From the NCBI GenBank assembly GCA_010015585.1, contig ML975168.1: DNA of 64,000 nt. One strand, written 5' to 3'. Positions 11,273 to 24,580 of this stretch are shown here, in pieces. A program made the translations under genes and the position numbers. Every line of letters begins with the position of its first letter. Within the stretch, counting starts at the first letter, position 1. Origin of the DNA: Eremomyces bilateralis CBS 781.70 (lineage: Eukaryota). Under the pieces are notes generated by a model. It was not told the DNA's origin and searched no databases. It worked only from the letters and a program-made list of their open reading frames with translations.

Positions 11273-13047
11273 TCAAATAACATACTACAGGTTGTTAGCT
11301 CCCGCTCCTCATCCGACCCCTCGAAAACTTACTGGAATGAACAGTGCCGGCACCAGCTTCTCGTACTCCGTCCACGCCTCCCCGTACTTCAGCCGACACT
11401 TCACGATGTCCCGATGCGCGCGATGCGCGATCATGCACGCGAAGAACACCGGATAGAACCACGGGAATGGCGACGAAAAGCCCGTAACCAGTGCCCACGT
11501 GAGCGCGAAGAACAAGTCGCAGGAGTAATGGATTTTACGAGCGAGGCCGTCTGCATAGGGTTAGAATCCATCTGTAAAAAGCGGAAAGGGCCGATGGGAC
11601 TTACACCAGCCGTCGGCAAGGATTCGATCGCCTTGCCCCGTCTCGATGACGCGCGGGTTTTTGACCTCTTTCCAGGGGAGCTGGGGGAACGATTTCCGCT
11701 CGACCTGGGTGCCGCGTTCGCGGGAGCGGAACATGTTCTTCTGGCTGTTGGTGGTGTCCCAAACCCAGTAGACAAAGACGTAGACGGCGGCGAGGAGGAG
11801 GAAGGCGGCGGTGCGGACGGTGGGGTCGGGGAAGAGCCGGTGGGAGAGATATTCGGAGGGGTGGTGGTAGGCGAGGTAGAGGTCGGCGTGGCAGTAGGAT
11901 AGGGGGACGCCGGCCATGTTCCAGAAGATGAGCATGAAGCCCCATTTTTCGAAGTACATGTCCCTGGAGGTATTAGCAGGATAAATTTCCCTGACAGGAT
12001 GTAGACTCACCAGGTCGTGATGATGAGTTCCTCCCCTTTGGCGCACGCATTCGCATATATCAAATGCGCCATGAGCAAGAACCCCGCCTCGCCGGAGACG
12101 TATCCATACTCTTCATACTGCTTCAAGCACAGCGCGGTAGAAGTGAGGAACAGCATATACCACGGCAACCGTACCTCCAAGAACATCTTGAAATCCAACA
12201 ATCCGAACATGCGCGGATTTAACTCCGCCCCCATGAAGAAATCATAGATATGATTCCCCGTCATCCGATGCGTCTTCCCCCTTACGAACGTCGACACATA
12301 CGCAATGACCGAAACGATGCACCCCGACAAGATCGCGACACTCATGATCGGCCCGAAATTCTCAATCAGTGTCGGCAACCTGAACAGTCCGGTGAAATGC
12401 AACGCAAGCGCCGCCACCACTGTCACATAGAAACTCGCCACCCCACTACAATAATACGGCAGCTGCCTTCCCCCCTCATGCTCCAACGGCTTCCCCTTCG
12501 CCCACACCCCCGGCATCCACAGATAACACACCCCCTCAAACACCAAAAACGTCCAATACATCACCCACGCATCCACGCTCGGATACGCATGCTCGTACGC
12601 CAGCGCCCCGATCCGCCCCGCGAACGCACCCCACCCCTCCCCCGCCGCCGGCCGCGGTACCCCTCCGCCATATGCGTATGCCCCGACGTACATGTAGTAC
12701 ATCAGCAGCGGGTAGCCGAGCATGATCGCGCTGACCCCGAGGGGGCCGCCGAATTCATAGCCGCCTTGCGCGGGGTCGATGGCTTCGGCGGCGGGGGCGC
12801 GGGTGGTAGGTTTGCGGAGTGCGCCGTTGGGGATGGTCGAGGGTTTGGTGGAGGCGGGTTTGGGGGGGAGGGGGGAGGGGGTTGTGGATTGGCGGGTGCG
12901 GCGGCGCGTGCCGGGGGTTTCGACGAAGTCCGGGGGGATGGATTTTCTGAGAAGGGGGATTAGTGATGGGATTGGGTGGACGGAGTAGGGGGTTGCTTAC
13001 CGTGGGGTTTTGCCCGTTTGAGAGCGGGTTACGCGACCGGAGGACAT
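11273..13047 (-). CDS. ERG4: Delta24(24(1))-sterol reductase (ERG4/ERG24 family), 5 exons
   Basis: [102 protein letters not shown]...FIPYVI*. Canonical introns near 13000, 12010, 11603 and 11331. Confidence 0.95.
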
Positions 13048-13570
13048 AATGATGGACGGATGAGAGCTGACCCGGGTGCTGAGGTGAGTGGAGGGTACAG
13101 GTACGGAAACCAGCGAGATCGTCGAAAATAGATCTGCTTCGACGAGTTTCTGTTTAATGAGAGACGATAAGAAGAGAAAAATGGTTGGGTAAGCTAATGG
13201 CTTCCTTGGAGAACGTGACACATGAGAATATGATATAGGTGTCGTCAAGTTGGTGGAATCCGCGGGCTGGAGCTTCGTTTTGTTTTCGAGGAATTTCGCG
13301 ATGGGGCACCATTGGCCAATCAGATTCGCTGGGGTGGTTCTCAGCACAGTACTAGCTACCACCTCCTCCCCCTATTTGTGGACTAGTGGCAACAGTGACC
13401 ATGAACGAAACGTCAATGGTGATAGCCGATCTATGGATCGAAAAGACGTGTGTAAACATTGGATATTTATTCTAACAAAGAATCCTGTATTCAACCCAAC
13501 ACCCGCTACGTGATGCATATGCCCGCCCAAACTCGACGAGCACCGAACGGCTCTTCTCACTCCCCTCTCT

Positions 13571-16004
13571 TCACGCCCCCCTCCTCACACTCGTACTCAT
13601 CAATGTAATCTTCTTCGCCTTCTTCTTCTTCCCCCCACCCGTACTCCGCGTCGGCGCACTTGCGCCCGCACTCGCGCCTCCACTCCCACTCCCACTCCCC
13701 TCCGCCTCCTCACTCACCCCCAACGCCGCCACCTCCCCCACCAACCCCTCATCCCCCAACAAATCCGTCTCCCACCCCTGCAACCACCCATCATCGCCCA
13801 ACCCATCCTGCTCGCTCCCCCGCCATGGCTCGAGTGACGGCGACGTGCCCCGGACCGCCGGCGTGCCCCACACGGTGCGTGAGGCGTTCGGGCTGGTGGA
13901 CGGGGAGGCGAGCTCGGCGAACGCGGAGCCCTGCGTGCGGCGGCCGGGGTATGGTGGGGAGGCGCTCCAGCCGCGTTGTGGGGTGCGGTCGGCGCCGGCG
14001 ATATCAACGGCGGAGGAGGATTCGGGGTCGATGGAGGGGGGGAGTGGTTGGAAGTCCTCAGATGACAAGGAGGCACTGAGGCGTTTCCTCCGGGCGCCGG
14101 GGAAGCGGTTCTCGTCCTCCTCCTTCTCCGCGCGGATGCGGGCCTTCTCCTCACGGGCGTCCTTGTCGAGGTTGCGGCGGCGGCGAGCGGTGATGTCGGG
14201 GTGGAATTTGGCGAGGACGGCGGGGGGGACGAGGTCGGTCCAGTCGCATTCGAGGAAAGCGACTTCGCAGCCGTGGGGGAGGTGGGCGAGGTATTTGAAA
14301 CGGCGGCGGAGGTCGTCGTCGATGACGTGGCCGGTGGAGACACGCTCAACGCGGGGGAGGATAGTGGCGGGGAAGGAGGCGTAGGGGCCGAAGGCTTCGC
14401 GGAGGATGCGGATATCGAGAGGGGTGAGGTAGTAGTGGAGAAGAGACTGGTAGAAGTAGTATTCTACCGGTTGGGAACGGTAGTCTTGTCTTGACCTGAA
14501 ATGCGATTGGTGCTTGTTTCTCGGTCCGGATTTCGTCTCAGCGGTCGCTTTGACGTCGACTCCAGCAGGGTCGAACAACGAATCTGAAGTTGAAGTGGTT
14601 TCGGTAATTGATGTGGACTGAGATTGTGAAGTAAGAAGTCCCTCCGATAGGCTTTGACCGGATGATGTATCATGCTGGATGTTGTACATCTCGGGTGCTT
14701 CGCTTGAGCTCTCGTATTGGATCGGAACCTGCTTTGGCCGTGGTTTTTTCGGTTTGCTCGGCACATTCGGAGCATTTCCAATGCCCTTCATCTTCTCCTT
14801 AGTATCCTCAATCATGCGAATAGCACGCCTAACCCATTCCACATTTTCCTCGCCGAACATCAGCTCGTCTTCCTGCTCTTGGACCTTCAGCGCATCGATG
14901 TCAAAGTCCAGTTGCTGCACGATGTACTCTTCCGTGCCCTTCATCACCCGCGCGTAATCCATCACCTCTGCCGCAAAATGCCACGGCACATCGTCGTCCG
15001 TCGAGATCGACTCGGCCCCGTCGCGAGGAAGCGCCAACGCGGTGCCAGCCCGACGCTTCATCAGGCGGAGCATTACGTCCTGTCCCTCCCGAGGTGGTGG
15101 GCCTTCTTGACCGGTGTACCACCGAACCGCCCGCGTGTCCGACATGTAAATCGAATCGTGGCACAGCGGGCATTGGCGGGATCGCGGTTTCTTCCCGGGA
15201 AGGGGACGGGACTCCTCCTCGGAATGCATGTATCGAATAATGCAAGGCAAGCAAAAGATGTGGCCACATTGGGCGATCCGAGGTGCAACAGGTGTATCGA
15301 GACAAATCGGGCAGAACGACGTCTGCGATTCGGAGGAGACGATGATTTGGAGGACTTGGGACCAGTCCAGGTAGACGTCTGCGTCGAGGTTTTGCTGTCT
15401 GTAGTCGCCGCGAGGATCGACGACGAAGCGATAGTTGGAATGAACATATCTAAATCGTTAGGAAAGTCGGATGCTAGGTTGATATTCTTTCATACCTTGC
15501 TTTGTCTACAGCATGATAGCCCGATCCTGGGCCCCAAGTCGGATTGGCTCGATAGTTCCTTGGTCGACCAAGATGTCTATTGGATTCGTAGTCCGCTCGA
15601 GGCGGCATGGCAAATGTCATGAGATGTGTAATGGACGTCTGTCCCTTCCGGCCAGTCGCCGAACGGATAGCAGCCTGTCAATGGTCAACGCGGGTTCCCG
15701 AACCCCACCTCCAAATCCTGGAGTTCCACAAAGGAAAACTAACCGATTCAGCCATTGTATCCTCATCGATCGGAGCATTGACCCGTTTGGATCCTTTGTG
15801 CTGCTTCCGAAGTCCCTGACTGTTCCGCGGGGCCGTCGACGACCGCGACGACGAACCCGCTCCAAAGCTACCCGATCCACCCGCTCGTCGTTGTCCGGCG
15901 GTGTCCCCCGCCGAAACCGAGCTGGATTGCGACTGGGGGGTTGATATGGGGCTGGAAGTGGATGGACCTTTGGTAGATATGGCAGACGGAGGATTGGAAG
16001 TCAT
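13571..16004 (-). CDS. MAG2: RING-type E3 ubiquitin ligase, Mag2/RNF10 family (3 exons)
   Basis: After splicing: GQTSITHLM, YVHSNYRFVV, C3HC4 RING CPICL...CGHIFCLPCIIRY...CPLC, YYFYQS...YLTPLDIRIL, RFKYLAHLP...FLECDW, and C-terminal KKKKAKKITLMST, all typical of RNF10/Mag2. Confidence 0.88.
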
Positions 16005-16256
16005 GCCGGAGGTGATGGGTACCGATAGGGAATCGGGGTTGGAGGGAACGGAACTGGGACACGGCGGGTGAATTGTGCGGGACCAGAACCGCCCGGGAAG
16101 TTGAGAGAGGGGTTAAAAGAATAGAGACAGGAAGTATCGCAGTTGAAGGAGGCATCGGGTCCCCCAAAGGGTGGACTTATTGAGGAGGAGTCACGTCAGA
16201 CATGGAACAACATGGGAGGGGCAAAGAACAAAGCTTACGGTACCGCTATTGCTGTA

Positions 16257-16429
16257 CAGTCAACCACCGCTATAACGATTACCGCTACAGCGATATTCGC
16301 GTTATAGCGATAAGATTCCCTGCACGGATTCTCAATCAATGCTGCCAAGAAAATTCGTTTTAGCGATATCCGCGTTATAACGATTGGATTCGCCTGTACG
16401 GATTCAATCGTTATAGCGAAGGTTGACTG
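16257..16429. mobile_element. 173-bp MITE, Tc1/mariner superfamily (pogo/Tigger-like), TA target duplication
   Basis: TA|CAGTCAACCACCGCTATAACGATT ... AATCGTTATAGCGAAGGTTGACTG|TA: 24-bp TIRs with 2 mismatches. Internal repeats of CGYTATARCGAT and a ~42-bp imperfect direct repeat. Confidence 0.85.
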
Positions 16430-17320
16430 TAGTATGAGTCTATGAGATGGAGATGAAGTCACGTGAGAGGGTCACTTTACTTTGGGTCGGGACTGATGAT
16501 GTTGATCAACCGGATGTGGTATTACATGTCCGACTTAAATCCATATTCCGAAAGTTATGCCGGTATACTTTATCTCAACTATGAAAGCTGAAAGCCAATT
16601 AGCCAAATGATAATCTCGCCAGCATTTGTCTTCCATCTACTAATGGACTAATGCGTAGAGTACGGACTAATACGGAAGATGTCCAATGGTTGGTGATGAA
16701 TAATGATGTCCAATTTGGGGTTGGTGCCTTACAGCCCCAGGCAGCCAATGGAATTTCCCGCCACGCCAGTCTTGGCTCTCCCTCTGCCAAAGATTCACAT
16801 CGCCATCTCCATCTCATAAATCTGACTAAAGTGACACTACTAAACTTGCTCTGCTCCTTCGCCCTCTCCGACACCTACCACCCATCCTCCCATCCTCCCA
16901 TCCTCCACGCAAGGGTTTTTCTCTATTCTCTTCTTTGACTTACTATTCACTGTTCTCTATTGTCTTCTCGTCCTGTCATGCTCTGCTCGTGTTGAGCAAT
17001 GCATCCCTGGAACGCGTCACACCAATCGCCGCCTCGCCGTCTCCTATGACTTTCGTCCCCTTCTGTGGCCCAACCTTACCATAAATCCATACCATCTCTC
17101 CCCCTACCATCCTCCCCTACCCTTCGGTAGTGCTCGACACCATACTTGCCTCCCGGAACCCCCGCAATTCGCCCTGCTGTCGCATATCTGTACGGCTGGG
17201 TCAATTCGGGTCCCGTCGAATCGGAGCGGATAACGTTCGGAAGCTGCCTCACGCGCCGGAAAGCCAGGTCCGTCGTTGACTCTGCTTCCGGCGCGCGGGC
17301 AATCTCTGTCCTCCTTAATC

Positions 17321-20185
17321 ATGCCGGGTCCACATCCTCCTCCCCATATGCCAATGCCGCGAAGGCAGCCGAATGAATACCATTACGGCATGCCGCCTCC
17401 GGCCCAGTCTCCTGTCCATGGGATGTATATGGGTTATCCGCCTCAACCCCCGTATCACGCGCATCCACATCCGCAGTCATACCCGCAGCACTGGCAATAT
17501 GCTGCCTACCCCCAGCAATATCCGCCGCAACAGCATATGCGACCATATCACCATCAACCGCAGCAGCACATCGCACAACCGCTACCTCAACAGAATCCGA
17601 TTGTGGTATCATCGCATCCTAATGGGCTGCCAGTAGCTCCGATTCCGCGTGCGGCGATGCAAACTCCTGTGGTTCAATCACCGATTCCACCGCCAGTGCC
17701 GTTGACACATGCGTTGCCACCGAAACCGCAGATGGTGTCCCCTCCCACTCCCGATGCCTCCGTTCCTATGTCCCCGAGACCTGTCTCCTCGCCGCAGGTT
17801 GTCACGATACCGACTGCTGCGCCGGCTTCAGCCACGCTCTATATGCCGAATTTCCCAAAAGTATGTGTCCCAGCCACAATCTAGGTCAGTTTTCTAACCT
17901 CATCAGCTACCGTGGTTGTCCGTCCCAGACCAGGATTTCCCAACCCGACCGTCAAGACGTCGACGTAGAAGGAATGTGGTGCAAGAGAGCGATAAATCCT
18001 TGCAACTCCCGGAACGACCATCGAACCAAACGGCGAAGCCCACAGTGGATCGGAGTGAATCGCAGACATCGACCGTGGTTGCGTCCGAATCTGCCACTCC
18101 CGCCACCTCCCAGGCTCCGTCTGAGGTCGATTCAACCAACCCGACTACGCCGTCCTCAACCGTTCCAACAGTGGCCACACCAAGAGCAGCACCTGCTGTC
18201 CCTGCCCACTCGCGTACCTCGACTCGGACCGCTATCCCCATCATTCCCGTCACCCCTGCCATCCCGAATATTCCCCAGAAGTCGCGGAAAGCATCCGAGG
18301 CGTCTCAGGCGCCGCAATTGTTGAGAGAGAAGCCCGATACCGCTTCGACGGTGGTGTCCACTCCCCCTTCCGAGTCAACCATCACAGAGTTGGCTTCACC
18401 CACCGAGCAAACCTCCGTGCCAGCTTCCGAAGCCAAGGCGGTTCCCAAATCATGGGCCGATCTTGTTCGCGCGAAATCTACCCCGTCGGCTGCAGCAGCC
18501 GTGCAACCCGCGACCAACGGCGCTCATCTCAACGGCATCTCGGCCGGCAATGCAGGCGCCCTTGGCGAGGTGTTGCGGTTGTATTCAGTTGATGCGGAGC
18601 ACAAAATTCCTTTCCTTGAACCTCGCGGCCTTGTAAATACTGGTAACATGTGTTATATGAATTCGGTAAGTGACCCGTCTCACCAAGTGGCTGCTCAACT
18701 CTAACTCCTGCAGATTCTCCAAGTACTCCTCTACAGCACCCCGTTTTATGACTTCCTTGATCAGATTGGAAAGCGAGCATTGCATAGTTTTAAAAGTGAT
18801 ACACCTCTTCTCGATTCCATGTAAGTTGATTTCACGAGCCGTTGAAGACCCCTCTAATACTTTCAGGATCGAATTCATGAGGGAATTTAAGGTAATAGAC
18901 TCGACTGTTTCAGCAAGCCAACTTCGGTTACGGCTGAAGGAGCATGAGTTTGAACAGTTCGGATCTGCATTCACTCCGGAATATGTATACGATGCCATCA
19001 AGCGTGTTCCACGGTTTTCATCCATGAAGGTAAGTTTGATACCCAACAGATACCGATGAATCATACTAACCCAACCAGCGGGGTCATCAGCAGGATGCGG
19101 AGGAGTTCCTAGGGTTCCTTTTGGATACGTTGCATGAGGAGTGCGCTCGAGTTATCTCCAACTCATCTCAAAAATCCACCCGATCGTCTTCCGTTTCTAC
19201 TACCCAATCCCAACCCGACACGGACGAGAGCGACTGGTTAGAAGTTGGTCCCAAGCAAAAATCCTCCGTGACCCGCACCTCCGGGCCCGCCCTCGCCAAC
19301 TCCCCCCCCACCCCAATCAGCAAGATCTTCAGCGGCCACCTCCGCTCGGAGCTCCGCGTCCACGGTCTCAAAACCTCCGTGACTCTCGAACCCTTCCAAC
19401 CCCTCCAACTCGACATCCAAGCCCCCCACATCAACACCATCACCGACGCCCTCCGCGGCCTCACCAAACCCGAAACCCTCTCCGGCGACTGGGGCTCCCC
19501 CCGCGGCGTCCGCACCGCCACCAAACAAGTCTTCATCGAACACCTCCCCCCCGTCCTCCTCCTCCACCTCAAGCGCTTCAGCTTCGACCGCCCCGCCTCC
19601 TCCCCTACCGCCCCCTCCGACACCCACGGCGCCCGCAAGATCTGGAAATCCATCAAATACCCCCTCGACCTCGAGATTCCCCGCGAGGTACTTGCGCCGT
19701 CCCGTCGCGCCGCGCTCGGGGCTCGCGTCGGGAATACGGGGCTGCGGTACCAGCTCGTCAGTGTCGTGTACCACCACGGGAAACACGCTGGCGGGGGGCA
19801 CTACACTGCCGACGTGCGCCGCCAGGATGGGAAGGACTGGGTGCGCATAGACGATACGGTGGTGCGGCGCATCACGGCGGAGGACGTGGTCGGCACGGAT
19901 AGCGAGGAGCCGAGCGAGTCGGCGCAGAAGGGTGGGGCGAAAGGAAAGCATGACGAGGCTCAGCGCAGCGCGAACTTTTTCGAGCAGGGGATGTTACCGG
20001 AGGATGGAGGGGAGGGGGAGGAGAAGTGGGAGGATGTGCAGACGAATGGGGTGGGTGCGCAGGGGCAGACGCCGACGGGGATGCGGTGGGCGGAAAAGGT
20101 GAATGTGACGGGGCCGGGGGAGAGGCCGGGGGTGAAGGAAGGGAAGGTGGCGTATATCCTGTTTTATCAGCAGGTGAAAGATTAA
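17321..20185 (+). CDS. UBP3: Ubiquitin-specific protease Ubp3/USP10 (multi-exon)
   Basis: P/Q-rich N-terminus, PKSWADL motif, Cys box PRGLVNTGNMCYMNS, GHQQDAEEFLGFLLDTLHEEC, LLLHLKRF, His box VVYHHGKHAGGGHYTADV, VAYILFY. Introns near 17861, 18666, 18820 and 19030. The start codon is a best guess. Confidence 0.92.
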
Positions 20186-20816
20186 GGTGGTTCGGGGGTG
20201 TGGCGGATTGGGGGATGGCGCTGTTGTGGTTGTAGGTTGGGTCGGTTCGGCTCGATGCGGCGTCTAGTTGGTGTTCGTGGTCTGTTGAACGGAACAGAAC
20301 AGCGGCGCAGAAGATCGAGCAAGCAGGCGGGCAAGCAAGTAGGCGGGCAAGCAAGCAAACATATTTCACCCCGCCGCCCTCCCATCGCCGGGCGACGGCA
20401 CCTATCGTTCGTACAGTCACTCGGTGGATGAGGGAGGTCGGTCGGTCATCTGCCGACGCCGCCGCCGCCGAGACAGAGAGAGCGAGAGAAGCGCGTTTAT
20501 ATAAAAGCATTAGTCACCATCCGAAATTCGAAAATTATATTCTGAATGGGTTGGTTTGGTGGGATTGAATGTCTCTTCGATCTGCTTGTCGCTTTGACAC
20601 AGGGAAGTTGGAGGTGGAGGTGTGTTCAGCAACCACCTCCAGTCTGGGCTGGGTTCCAAAGTATTCAGCGCGTGGTCACAATCCGCATATCCAGATATCC
20701 ATCTTGACGGTTCATGCACGCTTTCATTTGATTTCATTGCGTGCGGGCCTCAAGTGGCCCTTTCTGGCCGCAGCCACCCCGCTGTCCGCGGTCCATGTCA
20801 ATCCGGCCCTCGTCAA

Positions 20817-21080
20817 TCATGAGCTCATGGCAGTCAACTCCTTGTCTTCCACGGCCACGTTCCTGGCCTCCTCCAGCACCTCTTCGACGGCCTTTTCGAC
20901 GGCCTCCTCAACGACCTCCTCCACGGTGTCTTCGACCGCCACCTTCCCCGCTACCTCCCCCCCGGCTATCTGCCACCGCTTCATCACCTCCGCCAAATCC
21001 TTCACCCCCTCGTTCTCCATCTCCGCCTTCAGAATCTCATCGCACCGCTTCCCAAACTCTTCGATCTCCTCCTCCCTCGA
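20817..21080 (-). other. Putative alternative terminal coding exon (87 aa, acidic helical) downstream of LST8
   Basis: Preceded by branch site/acceptor GCTAATTTTTATAG. Open frame SREEEIEEFGKRCDEILKAEMENEGV...KELTAMSS*, in phase with a GTAGGA donor at 21152 in the last LST8 codons. Confidence 0.45.
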
Positions 21081-21143
21081 CTATAAAAATTAGCTTAACC
21101 GCACAACTAAATCTTTAAATATATGTCCTCCTCATCTCGCTCA

Positions 21144-22471
21144 TCATCCTACCGCGGTATCATTCAACGCCACCGCCACCGCCCCCCGGTGATGCCCGTT
21201 ATACTGCCGGATAATCGTATTCGAGCTGAGTTCCCATAGTCGTGCGTAGTGGTCTGAGCACGCCGTCACGAGATAGGCGGAATCGGCGCTGAACGCGCAG
21301 TCCCACACCCACCGCTGGTGCCCGTGCAGCGTCGTCTCCAGCGGAAACGCCTCCGCGCTGTTCGTCGCGCCGTGCCGGGTGTCGCCGGGCGGCGGGTCAG
21401 GAGCGCCGGCCTGTACGGCGGGCGGGGTAGGGAGGGCGTTCTGGCGCTGGCCGGGGACAGTGCTGTGGGCGTAGGCTTGCTGGTCTTGGTTGGTAGGCAG
21501 GGGAGGCTCGGTGGGAGGTTGGTTAGCGGAGAGGTCAAGGTCGGTTGGGGGGTTGCCGCCCATGTCGGCGGGATCGGGGATGACGTCTTTGAAGGCTTCG
21601 GGGTTGACGGTCCAGATGCGGGCGGTGTGGTCGGCGGAACAGGTGGCGAGGTGTTTGACGTCGGGGGAGAGGAGGACGCGGGTGATGTAGGTGGAGTGGG
21701 CTTGGAAGCGGCAGATGGGGGTGACGGAGGCGGCTTCGGTGGATTGGTGCATGCGCCAGACGAAGACCCAGCCCTGAGGGGGTTAGTTGGTGAGATTAGG
21801 ATTGACGGAGGGCGTACCTTGTTGTTGCCGGCGCAGAGAAGAGTGCCATCGGTAGCAACGGTCACGCTGGACATGGGGGTGTCGTCGGCTGGGATTAGTT
21901 GGTGTGTACACTTGTTCTCACTTAAGTCCCAGATGCGGACGCTTCCTTTCCGGTCACAGCCGATCAGCTCGCCTTGATTCGGGTGGATGACGACGTCGTT
22001 GACCGCGACGCCGTGGACGTAGTTGCGCTGGACACTTCCCGTTCGCGTATCCCAGATCTTGACCGTCCCATCTTCGGAGCTGGTCACCATCCATTTTCCT
22101 TCGCAATGGAAGGCGACGCCGGTGACGTTGCTGGTATGTCCTTCGAAGGTGAGAACGGCCGCGGGGTTGGACGACTTGATATCGTAGAGCTTGACTGTGT
22201 GATGCCCGGCCGCAGCAAGGTACCGCTTGTCGGGGCTGATACAGAGCCGGTTCACTTGGGAGTCGGGGTGGGGGATGGTGCGGGAACAGATGCCTGAGAG
22301 AGCCTCCCAGAAGCTATTGTGCCAGTTAGTCGCCGGTTCTACGAGTCTCCTAGGTCCAGCGCGGAGTGGCATTACCGGATGGTGTGGTCGTAACCAGCTG
22401 GAAACAAAGTTAGCCATGCTCTCACAGGAAGGCGGGTGGGATGACGTACCAGTACAGAGAATGACACTCAT
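21144..22471 (-). CDS. LST8: TOR complex subunit LST8 (WD40), multi-exon
   Basis: MSVILCT|AGYDHTIR|FWEALSGICSRTIPHPDSQVNRLCISPDKRYLAAAG, HPNQGELI, GHQRWVWDCAFSADSAYLVTACSDHYARLW, YNGHHRGAV. Confidence 0.96.
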
Positions 22472-23586
22472 CTTGAGTGTATAGATGGAAAGTTCTAGGT
22501 GATATGCAATTGAACTCAGAAAAGATTGTATCGGCGGAGAGAAGAGAGGGTTTGTTTTTGAGGCTCCGGCCGCTTTTCAAGCTGTGTCGGCGTTCAGTCT
22601 TGCTGGTGTGCGCATTTACAGCTGTCGTTGCCTCGACACTGAAAGTGATATCAAACGCGCTTCGTAGCCTTGGATCGCTCGCGTTCGGCGTCGGCTTCGG
22701 CTTTCTGGGCGGCTTCCCACTCGATCGCGTATTGCCGCTCCCAATTTTCCCGTGTACCCCAAATAAGACGAGCAGTGCCCTCCCGTTTCATCGGTAAACA
22801 AATGACCAACGCTTGTTGGGTAAGGTCAATGGTCGTCGGAAGTTGGGCATGGTTATGGGGGTGCGGACGGTGGGAGGGTACAGGGTGCAGTGCCAGATAT
22901 GAGGCTGTAAGGCGACGAGAATGTGTGCTGGTGTGGCAGCAGAGTGTAGCGGTATAGTTGCAGGGTGACGGGTTGTAGGGTGGTAGTTGTGGCGTTGTGG
23001 TGTTCGTCTTTAACTCTTTAGTTTTCCTTCCCTGGCGATCGGGTATCAGATTGCGGCGGCAGACATATCCGATCAGTAGCTTCCTTATAATGCACCGTCT
23101 AGGACAACAATACGTGCTTGCATTAGTCCCACATATCATACGGGGAAATAAATTATAAAGGTTTGATTGGTGGTACCTGATTTTCTGAACGGCTTAAATC
23201 TTAATACTCACCTTCCTTCCAAAAATGGTGGATTTGAACGTCGTTATCCGAGTATTTCCGCTTCATTACTTGAAACGCTCTGGTTTCATTACCGCAGTCC
23301 CTGAAAAACAGTCTGCCGTGCTGTCGAAACCTTCAGGTTCTATTTATTGCACAGCTCGTCATGTCAGGTCCGTACGCCTAACCCGCAGTACCTTCCCAGA
23401 ACCTGGAGTCCGTTTTTTCACTTCCAACCCAGCTCTAGCTTTCACTCGTCGACCTTCAGAAGTTCCACCCTGAAGGTAGCCCTCCGCAGATTCGCGCAAC
23501 GTTTTGTTGCGCAAGAAATATACGTATATACAGTATATAAGGGAAGCCCTGAAGACTCGGAAAATGATGCACACTGAACGGTGGCA

Positions 23587-23990
23587 TTATTTGCATCTTA
23601 AACAACGCCCGATAACCGTCTCTCCGATCGACAACCAGTCCCAAATATCCCTCGTCGCCGTATCGTCCGAAGACGTCTCATCACCTTCCTGCCGCGTGAC
23701 TGTGCAGGCAGATGTGTGTCCAGAAGGACAACTTAGTCCAGGAGAGTAAAACCCATACCCCGCCAGCCCTGCACGGGACCGGAAAACTCGCCATATCCAG
23801 GAGGGTAACACGCCGTCGAAGTTTCGAGCGATTGGGAGCTCGATGTGAAAGTACAAATCCTTCCCCAAGCAACGAAGTACAAACCAGGGTGCACGGCATA
23901 AGTTCCGTCGACACTCGGGGTAGCACGATTCGGTGCTGGAGTGAATACTGTCGTAAGAGGACCCAAGGGGGTTGATGATTCACGCCCCAT
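23587..23990 (-). pseudogene. Frameshifted relic of a fungal Cys-rich cell-surface protein (LGPLTTxFTP...CYPPG...FYSPGLxCPSG type)
   Basis: One frame gives LGPLTTVFTPAP...ICT...TACYPPGYG and the adjacent frame continues GFYSPGLSCPSGHTSAC...GETVIGRC*. Frameshift near 23750-23770 and a premature stop. Confidence 0.6.
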
Positions 23991-24580
23991 CGCGAAAACT
24001 GGAGGAGGGATTTCCAGAACAAAATCCCCAGATATTATTGTCCAAATCCACCATCTGCGAAAACTACTTCCTTATGGAGTCCTCCACAGAGAAGTTAATG
24101 GGTCAGGAGTCAGGGGACGGTCGACGGAGATGTTTCGCGGGCATTGGTGATCCTCGGCAAATCTTTCCAAGATGTTTTGTTAACGAAGTCTATTCCGGAT
24201 TCACCGTCAATCTCAACTAGTTAAGGGTAGCATGTTACTGTGGCAGTGCGCACCAAATAGACTGGACAACAGTTCACAACACTACAACATGATGCGTCCA
24301 ACCCACGGGCCATAACATCAGCCTGTGGTTGGTCAACTCAGACAATTTGCAGCCGTTGAATGGATTCAGCAATGTTATTTGATGACTCGTTACGGAGTAC
24401 TTCATCCAGTCCCCCTTTGCAGTGTCACTCCAGGTTGATGACAAGGCTGGTGGTCCAAGGCGCCCCAGCTGAAAATCTTAGCCACACCGAATCACATTTT
24501 CCGGTCGACTGCAGCGACTGAACCGCACATTTCCATGATACATTCCATGTACATTTTTAATTTAACGCCATTTTTGACTA

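Noticed and set aside
22651..23139. 162-aa minus-strand ORF upstream of LST8 with a charged helical C-terminus
   Set aside because: No convincing start, splice model or family motif; left unannotated.
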